From positions 80,868 through 144,867 of the forward strand of contig JACJYD010000001.1 of the NCBI GenBank assembly GCA_020636275.1: 64,000 nt of DNA. Reading direction: 5' to 3'. Each line of letters opens with the position of its first letter. Positions within the stretch are counted from its first letter, which is position 1. Both the position numbers and the translations under genes were made by a program. The notes beneath the pieces are model-generated. The model ran no database searches. It was not told the DNA's origin and worked only from the letters and a program-made list of their open reading frames with translations. Of this stretch, positions 57,723-64,000 are shown in pieces. The DNA comes from Lewinellaceae bacterium (GTDB lineage Bacteria > Bacteroidota > Bacteroidia > Chitinophagales > Saprospiraceae).

Positions 57723-58763
57723 ATGTGGAACCGCGTTTTTCGTTGGACGAATGTCCTGCTCATCCTGTTCACGTTAATCGTATACCTCGTTCCCTGGGTT
57801 GATCCGAAATCTTTTTGGCCCATAGCGCTGCTGGGCCCGTCCTATCCCTGGCTGCTCCTGTTGCATGCCGGATTCATCATCTTCTGGATTGTCCTTCGCA
57901 AAGCGTACTTCCTCATGTCACTCACCTGCGTGCTCCTTGGTTGGACGTATTTGAGTTCGATCTTCTCTTTCCAGTTTCCGCAATCCGGAGATGAGGCGGA
58001 TCTGCGGGTCATGAGCTATAATATTAATGTCTTCCAGGGGCTCATGTTCAATGATGAAGCGGAGGCCGCCAAGCGGCAAAATTCCTTTAGAAGCTTTATG
58101 GCATCCCTGGAGCCCCTGGACGTATTTTGCACCCAGGAGTGCCCGGAGCGGTTTACGCGCTGGTTGGCCAGGGAGTTGAATTTCCCCTATCATTATACGG
58201 TACGGGGCACGACGATCCTGAGCCGGCATCCCTTTTTGGTGCAAGGCGGACTGAATTTTGACAACTCCAACAACTCGGTCACCTGGGCGGATATCGAAGT
58301 AAAAAGCCATCGCCTCCGGGTTTACAGCGTACATCTTCAGTCCAACAGCATTACCTCGGAGGCCAAGCGGCTCCGGGCTAGCGGCGATCTTCAGGAACGC
58401 GAAACCTGGGTGGGGATCAAGGGCATTTTGCGGAAATACCGGAACGCCACTCAAAAGCGCGCCGATCAGGCGGAACAGTTGCTCCAGCACATCACCCAAA
58501 GCCCTTATCCGGTTGTGGTGTGCGGCGACATGAACGACACGCCGGTATCTTATGTTTACAAGCGGATCGGACAAGACAGCGGGTTGGTAGATACCTTCCG
58601 GAAAAAAGGGAGCGGCGCAGGATTTACTTACGGCGGTATTTTGCCCGCCCTGCGCATCGATTACATTCTGACCGATCCGAAGTTGGGCGTGTTGAACTAC
58701 GATCGCTACAAAAAATCATTTTCCGATCATTTCCCGATCCTGTGTGAACTGAAAATTCAATAA
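57723..58763 (+). CDS. membrane-anchored endonuclease/exonuclease/phosphatase (EEP) family protein
   Basis: 346 aa with N-terminal transmembrane helices, then EEP blocks (RVMSYNI, FCTQEC, VVCGDMND, SDHFPILCEL). Confidence 0.8.
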   Translation: MWNRVFRWTNVLLILFTLIVYLVPWVDPKSFWPIALLGPSYPWLLLLHAGFIIFWIVLRKAYFLMSLTCVLLGWTYLSSIFSFQFPQSGDEADLRVMSYNINVFQGLMFNDEAEAAKRQNSFRSFMASLEPLDVFCTQECPERFTRWLARELNFPYHYTVRGTTILSRHPFLVQGGLNFDNSNNSVTWADIEVKSHRLRVYSVHLQSNSITSEAKRLRASGDLQERETWVGIKGILRKYRNATQKRADQAEQLLQHITQSPYPVVVCGDMNDTPVSYVYKRIGQDSGLVDTFRKKGSGAGFTYGGILPALRIDYILTDPKLGVLNYDRYKKSFSDHFPILCELKIQ

Positions 58764-58776
58764 GCTCAATTTTATT

Positions 58777-58784
58777 TACCTTTG
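58777..58784 (+). promoter_or_regulatory. candidate -7 promoter box TACCTTTG for cysS
   Basis: Matches TAnnTTTG and lies 27 nt upstream of the ATG at 58811. Confidence 0.35.
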
Positions 58785-58810
58785 CGGCTGAATTTGGAAA
58801 CCTGACCTTT

Positions 58811-60319
58811 ATGAAGACTAAACTACGCGTTTTTAATACGCTGAGTGGAGAAAAAGAAGTTTTTGAGCCCATACACGAAGGCCATGTAGGCATGTATGTA
58901 TGTGGGCCTACCGTATACAGCGATGTTCACCTCGGCAATTGCCGCACTTTTATCAGCTTCGACATCATTTACCGGTACCTGATGCACCTGGGTTACAAGG
59001 TGCGTTACGTTCGAAACATTACGGATGTGGGACACCTGGAGGGGGATGCCGACACCGATGCCGAAGACAAGATCTCCAAAAAGGCACGGCTGGAAAAGCT
59101 GGAACCTATGGAAGTGGTGCAGCATTACGCGAATGGATTTCACGAGGTAATGGCCCAATTCAACACTTTGTCGCCCAGTATCGAACCACGGGCAACCGGG
59201 CATATTATCGACCAGATCGAGATGGTCCAGGCAATTTTGGACAACGGGTTTGGCTATATTGAAAATGGTTCTGTGTATTTCGATACCGCCAAATTGATCG
59301 GTTCGCACAAAGGGGTTTACGGGCAGCTGTCGGGCCGAAAACCGGAGGAGCTGTTAGCCGAAACGCGCGAAAACCTCAAAAAGCAGGACGAAAAGCGCAG
59401 CCCCATCGATTTTGCCATTTGGATCAAGGCCGACCCCAGCCACCTCATGCGCTGGAAATCACCCTGGTCGGTCGGATTCCCCGGCTGGCACCTCGAATGC
59501 TCGGCGATGAGCACCAAGTATCTCGGCAAAACCTTCGACATTCACGGCGGGGGGTATGACCTCAAGTTTCCACACCACGAAAATGAGATCGCCCAAAGCC
59601 ACGGGGCATGCAACTGCTCCCCCGCACGCTACTGGCTGCACGGAAATATGCTCATGCTCAACGGCAACAAGATGTCGAAGAGCACCGGAAATACCATTAC
59701 CCCGGAACAACTCCTCACCGGCGACAGTCCACTGGTGTCCAAGGGATACAGCCCGATGGCGGTGCGTTTCTTCATGTTGCAATCGCACTACCGCAGCACC
59801 CTCGATATGACGGACGAGGCCTTGCTGGCGGCCGAAAAAGGCTATCGCCGCATGATGGAAGGCTATGCAACCCTGCAGAGTCTTCAACACCCGGGCGGCG
59901 GTGGAGGAGGTGCGCTGGATCAGGAGATCAAAGACCTCATCGACTCGGTGTATGACGAGATGAACGACGACTTTAACACCCCGCGCGCCCTGGCCCGGAT
60001 GTTTGAACTCGTCAGCAAGATCAACGGTCTGAAAGGCGGGCAGTTGTCGTTTGGGGAGCTTCGGTCCGAAACCCTTGAACAACTCAAACAGGCCTTCCAA
60101 AACTTTCTCTTCGATGTATTTGGCCTGAAAGACGAATCGGAAGCAGCTGGCGGCGACAAGGACTTGCTCGATGGCCTGATGCAGCTCATCATCGAGATGC
60201 GAAAGGAAGCCCGCGAGCGGAAGGACTGGGGTACCTCCGACAAAATACGCGATGCGCTCAAGGAATTGCACGTGCAATTGAAGGACGGAAAAGAAGGTAC
60301 CTCCTGGAGTAAAGAGTAA
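58811..60319 (+). CDS. cysS: cysteine--tRNA ligase
   Basis: 502 aa with class I motifs HLGNCRT (HIGH-like) and KMSKS, plus the Zn-binding Cys context MYVCGPTVY. Confidence 0.95.
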   Translation: MKTKLRVFNTLSGEKEVFEPIHEGHVGMYVCGPTVYSDVHLGNCRTFISFDIIYRYLMHLGYKVRYVRNITDVGHLEGDADTDAEDKISKKARLEKLEPMEVVQHYANGFHEVMAQFNTLSPSIEPRATGHIIDQIEMVQAILDNGFGYIENGSVYFDTAKLIGSHKGVYGQLSGRKPEELLAETRENLKKQDEKRSPIDFAIWIKADPSHLMRWKSPWSVGFPGWHLECSAMSTKYLGKTFDIHGGGYDLKFPHHENEIAQSHGACNCSPARYWLHGNMLMLNGNKMSKSTGNTITPEQLLTGDSPLVSKGYSPMAVRFFMLQSHYRSTLDMTDEALLAAEKGYRRMMEGYATLQSLQHPGGGGGGALDQEIKDLIDSVYDEMNDDFNTPRALARMFELVSKINGLKGGQLSFGELRSETLEQLKQAFQNFLFDVFGLKDESEAAGGDKDLLDGLMQLIIEMRKEARERKDWGTSDKIRDALKELHVQLKDGKEGTSWSKE

Positions 60320-60331
60320 AAACCGATCATA

Positions 60332-61000
60332 ATGAAAACAATCCCCGCAACGACCCTCGATTTCTTGCGCGAATTGCAGGCCAATAACAACCGGGAGTGG
60401 TTTAACAAAAACAAACCCCGGTATCAGGAAGCGTACGCCCAATTCAAGACTTTTGCCGACGGTGTGCTCGACCAAATGAGCCACATCGACAACATCGAGG
60501 CCCTCAATGTATTCCGGATCTACAGAGACGTGCGTTTTTCCAAGGATAAATCGCCGTATAAAGCGCACTTCAGCGCCAGTTTAAGCCGGGCGACAAAATG
60601 GCTGCGGGGGGGCTATTACTTTCACGTGGAGCCCGGAGGGGCTTTTGTAGGCGGGGGCTTCTGGGATCCAAATGCTGCGGATCTGAAGCGCATCCGGGAA
60701 GATATTGCCGCCGACGATAAACCCCTGCGCAAGATCCTGGCGGATCCCGTTTTCATAAAAACCTTCGGTGAACTTCGCGGCGACCGGCTCAAAACGGCGC
60801 CCCAGGGTTTTCCGAAAGACCATCCCGCCATCGACCTGCTCCAGTTAAAGCAGTTTTTAATCTCCAGGTCCTTCAGCGACAAAGAAGTGCTGAGCCCTTC
60901 CTTCCAGGATGAGATCGTGGAAACCTTTCGCCGGATGCGGCCTTTCTTCGATTACATGAGCGAGGTGCTGACGACAGATGCAAATGGGTTGCCCATCTGA
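60332..61000 (+). CDS. DUF2461 (TIGR02453) family protein
   Basis: 222 aa. FLRELQANNNREWFNKNKPRYQEAY... and RIYRDVRFSKDKSPYK are hallmark blocks of this conserved family of unknown function. Confidence 0.8.
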   Translation: MKTIPATTLDFLRELQANNNREWFNKNKPRYQEAYAQFKTFADGVLDQMSHIDNIEALNVFRIYRDVRFSKDKSPYKAHFSASLSRATKWLRGGYYFHVEPGGAFVGGGFWDPNAADLKRIREDIAADDKPLRKILADPVFIKTFGELRGDRLKTAPQGFPKDHPAIDLLQLKQFLISRSFSDKEVLSPSFQDEIVETFRRMRPFFDYMSEVLTTDANGLPI

Positions 61001-61006
61001 ATGAAA

Positions 61007-61044
61007 TAAAAAAGGGGGCTGGTCGCCGACCAGCCCCCTTTTTT
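61007..61044. terminator. bidirectional intrinsic terminator
   Basis: A-run, then GGGGGCTGGTCG (61014-61025) pairing with CGACCAGCCCCC (61027-61038), then TTTTTT (61039-61044). It lies between convergent genes. Confidence 0.85.
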
Positions 61045-61045
61045 A

Positions 61046-62767
61046 TTAGAGGGATACCAACATCAATTTGTACAACTGATCGGTGGAATTCCTTGAAAAG
61101 AAGAGCATGTTGCTGGCTTTCGGGAGTTGTTTGACATCCAACTCCTGTGCACCGTTCATCTCGGCGATTTTCTTCACTTCCAGAGTAGCTCCGGAAACCT
61201 GAAATACGTTGATCGCCGTAGCGCCGCCCACGAGCGGATCTTTCACGATCGTGAGGTAGTTGCCGTTGTCGGCGGGGTAGCTGCTAAAGCTGGTCTTATA
61301 GCCAGCGTCTGCGTTTTCGGAGCGCTTGATGTGTTGGGAGTGGGTCAGTTTGCCTTCCCGGTCGACGCGGAGCATGACATAGCCCTTCGGCGAGATCACC
61401 TTCTGGGGAGTCGCGCCGGGCTGGGCCGTTAACGTTACTTCCTGGCTTAGTTCGTAAATGACATACTTGGAACCATCCTTCTGGTCGTACGAATAATTGT
61501 ATTTCCAGTCGAATCTGCTCAGATCGGCAGGAGAGAACCCAAGGCCTTTGGCGATCGGATGGCTGGCATCCAATGCGTCTGTACAGGTCAGTTTCCCAGC
61601 TTCGAAACAGAAGGAATAGAGAGATTCCGGTTTGTAGGAGGTAGCCAGTACGCTTACCTTATCCCCAGAATGGAAAGCCCGGACGACATTGACGTTTTCA
61701 ACAGGCACTTCAAAGTCGATTTGGTTAACCAACTCACCGGTCTGGTTCCAGTGGTAAAGCTTATAGGTTTGTTTGTCGGGTTCGGGATTGAGCTTCTTAT
61801 AGCCGAATCCATAATTTTGCTTGTATACGTTGACGATGCCGTCTACTTTATACAGGTTGTCCGCCGGCGTTTCGGTGATGAGCACCTGATGCAGGTTCAG
61901 TGCATGGGGCTTTTCGAATTTGATCTCTGTGCGGGCCGTTTCTTTTCCCTCTTTATCGAACACGACGAATTCCTGTTCGAATTCCTGGCTCCGGTTGCCC
62001 ATCTCACCCAAGAGAACATGCCCGTGGTGGGCATACACCATACCGGTTCCGGGGTCGCAAACGGGATCGGAGGCTTGGATCCAGTAGTTCTTTTTATCCG
62101 AATTCCGATAAGGATCCATATCGATCGACTGGTTCTTTTTGTCGTAGTTGACCGTTGTACCCAGCACCTTCGACAGGAAACCCTTTTCGGCTTCCGATTC
62201 CTCGGTTTTCATCGTATAGATGGTTTTGTCGAATCCTTTCGGCTTCAACCCCAGCATGCTGTAATTGATGCTGTTGGCGTAATACATTTTGGGGCGGACC
62301 ACCGCTTTCACCTCTTCCTCGGTTTTTAGTTCCGGGTATTTATCGAGTAGTCCCCATTTGTCGGTGCAGTCCTCTTGCGTGGCGATCGTAGCCGCGCGGG
62401 CAGGGTCGTTTTCGGCGAGGATATTATACTCCTTTGTTACCGCTCCCTTGGGCTTGACGAAGGTTACTTCTTCCTTGACGACCTTCATGTCCTTGGAAAA
62501 ATCGACGACACCCAGCGCTTCCAGCTGGACTTCTTCTTTTCCACCTGACATCAGGGATCCGGTTTTTGCCTGGACCGCTCCGGTGCGTTTCATGAACAAA
62601 AACACGCGGATGCCTCCATCCGGTTGCGAAAAATAGCGTACCAATTCAATGCTGTCGAAGGCAATGCCTTTTACTCCATTGGAGAATGTGTACTCTGATA
62701 CAGGCTGTGCGTTGGCCATCGAAATGGCGAACAGGCAAGCCAAAAGAATGCTGTTAAAAAACTTCAT
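61046..62767 (-). CDS. hypothetical secreted protein
   Basis: 573 aa with signal peptide MKFFNSILLACLFAISMANAQ. It is beta-rich and has no motif I recognise. Confidence 0.6.
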   Translation of the reverse strand: MKFFNSILLACLFAISMANAQPVSEYTFSNGVKGIAFDSIELVRYFSQPDGGIRVFLFMKRTGAVQAKTGSLMSGGKEEVQLEALGVVDFSKDMKVVKEEVTFVKPKGAVTKEYNILAENDPARAATIATQEDCTDKWGLLDKYPELKTEEEVKAVVRPKMYYANSINYSMLGLKPKGFDKTIYTMKTEESEAEKGFLSKVLGTTVNYDKKNQSIDMDPYRNSDKKNYWIQASDPVCDPGTGMVYAHHGHVLLGEMGNRSQEFEQEFVVFDKEGKETARTEIKFEKPHALNLHQVLITETPADNLYKVDGIVNVYKQNYGFGYKKLNPEPDKQTYKLYHWNQTGELVNQIDFEVPVENVNVVRAFHSGDKVSVLATSYKPESLYSFCFEAGKLTCTDALDASHPIAKGLGFSPADLSRFDWKYNYSYDQKDGSKYVIYELSQEVTLTAQPGATPQKVISPKGYVMLRVDREGKLTHSQHIKRSENADAGYKTSFSSYPADNGNYLTIVKDPLVGGATAINVFQVSGATLEVKKIAEMNGAQELDVKQLPKASNMLFFSRNSTDQLYKLMLVSL

Positions 62768-62855
62768 AGAATAGGATTAGTGAATAATAAATGAGAGGGG
62801 AGGCCACTGCCCGTTCCCTAAATTTGAGTAAATGAGGCGCAAAGAAAAGAATTTT

Positions 62856-63419
62856 TTAAACCTTCGTCACCACCCACTGCCAAATCTCCCCGTCATCCGG
62901 GTCGAAGAGTTCGGCGATCTTTTTCATACCGCATTTTTGGAGCACACTCCCGGATGCATTGATCTCCGCCAGGGTATGTGCCTTGACGGCTTTCACCGCC
63001 GGGTGTTGGAAGGCAAAATCGATCAGGCCTTTGGCAAGTTCTGTGGCGAGGCCCTGGTTGCGGTACGTTTGGGCTATCTCATAGCCTATTTCCACGATCC
63101 CTTCCTTGTCGGGAGGGCCTTTGTAGCCGCAGCTGCCTACAAGGACCTTTTCCTTTTTCAGGACAGGCAGGTAGGTCCACCATAAGATGTCTGCAGGATT
63201 GGCCTGGATCATATCGCGGGAGAAACGAAAAATGGAATCGCCGAATTCAGTCCAGCCATGGTAAACTTTCGCGCCCAACATAACGCTCAAGGAACGATCC
63301 CCCCGCAGCACGGCATCCAGAATGGGCTCGGTTGCGGCAATAATAGAAAGGCGAGGTGTTTCAATGGTCGGCGCGTGGATCATGGTTTTCATGTGGGGGA
63401 AAATAGACTTGCCGCCCAA
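62856..63419 (-). CDS. GNAT family N-acetyltransferase (RimJ/RimL-like)
   Basis: IETPRLSI... near the N-terminus and the acetyl-CoA motif YRNQGLATELAKGLIDFAF. The start is uncertain (63419, 63392 or 63383). It overlaps the 3' end of the Nramp gene. Confidence 0.75.
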   Translation of the reverse strand: MGGKSIFPHMKTMIHAPTIETPRLSIIAATEPILDAVLRGDRSLSVMLGAKVYHGWTEFGDSIFRFSRDMIQANPADILWWTYLPVLKKEKVLVGSCGYKGPPDKEGIVEIGYEIAQTYRNQGLATELAKGLIDFAFQHPAVKAVKAHTLAEINASGSVLQKCGMKKIAELFDPDDGEIWQWVVTKV

Positions 63420-64000
63420 GATACAGCATCAATCCGAAAGCTGCCAACGTTTTTAACCAATTCCAAACGGGCCATTCTGAAATGGATGGGATTATCCGCC
63501 CCATAGCGCTGATCAGGTGGTGCAACCCCAGAAAAGTGGTAACTCCGACCACCAATAAAAGGATGCCGTTTGCCAAATCGCTGGTTCGTGCGGAAGGGGG
63601 AATGAAGCGCCGGTCGTTGATGGCCAAAAAGAGAAAGGCCGTAACGAGTGGGAGCAGAATGCCGTTCAAGGCTTGCGCCAAAATGATAGCGGGAATGGGC
63701 TGAACATTCATCCAACCGAAAATCAGTCCGGTGAGGAGAACAGCCAGCCAGGTTGTTCGAAAGGGGGTGGAACCGGCCTGCCATTTTTCCCCAAATAAAC
63801 TGGCGCCCGTGATAGCGGCTGCGAGCGGCGCCGTGATGGCCGAACTCCAACCGGCAGCTAACAAGCCGAAGCCGAAAAAGGTGCGGGCCCAGGGGCCTAA
63901 TTTTCCGGCGAGGGTCCGGCTCAGGGCCTCAAAAGAAAATTCGCCCTGAATTTGGGTGCCGACGATCAGGATAGCTCCGGATATAATGCCGCCAAGGAGA
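63361..64000 (-). CDS. Nramp-family divalent metal transporter, C-terminal part (5' end outside window)
   Basis: The reading frame stays open through base 64000 (...LLGGIISGAILIVGTQIQGEFSFEALSRTLAGKLGPWARTFFGFGLLAAGWSSAITAPLAAA...). The LLAAG.SS.IT and AQALNGILLP blocks are typical of Nramp/MntH C-terminal helices. Confidence 0.75.
   Translation of the reverse strand, partial: LLGGIISGAILIVGTQIQGEFSFEALSRTLAGKLGPWARTFFGFGLLAAGWSSAITAPLAAAITGASLFGEKWQAGSTPFRTTWLAVLLTGLIFGWMNVQPIPAIILAQALNGILLPLVTAFLFLAINDRRFIPPSARTSDLANGILLLVVGVTTFLGLHHLISAMGRIIPSISEWPVWNWLKTLAAFGLMLYLGRQVYFPPHENHDPRADH

Noticed and set aside
59459-60568. 369-aa minus-strand ORF spanning the cysS 3' half and the DUF2461 5' end
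   Set aside because: It crosses the boundary of two well-supported plus-strand genes and has no motifs. The same reasoning applies to 20026-20988, 24364-25110, 27739-28698, 38420-39040, 57918-58574 and 61559-62329.
1-64000. Search for defence systems, toxin-antitoxin pairs, prophage, integrative elements, tRNA/rRNA genes and CRISPR
   Set aside because: I saw no nuclease/helicase/methylase defence-type architectures, no small adjacent TA-like ORF pairs, no integrase or transposase, no cloverleaf-like tRNA sequences in intergenic gaps, and no regularly spaced repeats. I prefer to report none rather than force a call.

Overview
This window looks like an ordinary chromosomal segment of a Bacteroidota-type bacterium. 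Supporting evidence: a T9SS C-terminal sorting domain, a UpxY-type NusG-like antiterminator, lpxK, and TAnnTTTG -7 boxes about 17-28 nt upstream of several start codons. I call about 55 protein genes. By eye I found no rRNA, tRNA, CRISPR array, transposase, integrase, phage gene or recognisable defence or toxin-antitoxin module. Layout: 0-6.8 kb holds a comEA fragment, comEC, a hydrolase, ctaA, an SRAP peptidase and lpxK. 6.8-13.6 kb holds a 1673-aa C25-peptidase/T9SS cargo gene divergent from a possibly Wzi-like outer-membrane protein. 13.8-17.5 kb is metH. 17.5-37.6 kb is a large surface-polysaccharide locus, with a WbpD-like acetyltransferase, a TviB/WbpA-like dehydrogenase, UpxY, cysC-cysD-cysN, a 4-epimerase, wecB, glycosyltransferases, gmd-fcl-manC, a methyltransferase, a Wzx flippase and two poorly characterised genes. 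37.6-64 kb is housekeeping: nadA, pterin dehydratase, an M42 peptidase, a second flippase, amidohydrolases, mutL, two rhomboid proteases, cysS, a GNAT and an Nramp fragment. I do not see a clear novel multi-gene system. The most interesting signals are non-coding or contextual. (1) Dense DnaA-box clusters flank ctaA and are a candidate oriC. (2) Four copies of a 15-bp palindrome lie upstream of metH. (3) A PAPS-synthesis module sits behind UpxY inside the polysaccharide locus with no recognisable sulfotransferase. (4) A 40-nt inverted repeat pair lies 5.8 kb apart. (5) Three amidohydrolase-fold modules are present, of which only one keeps the HxH metal motif. All product calls come from motif recognition by eye, not database searches.
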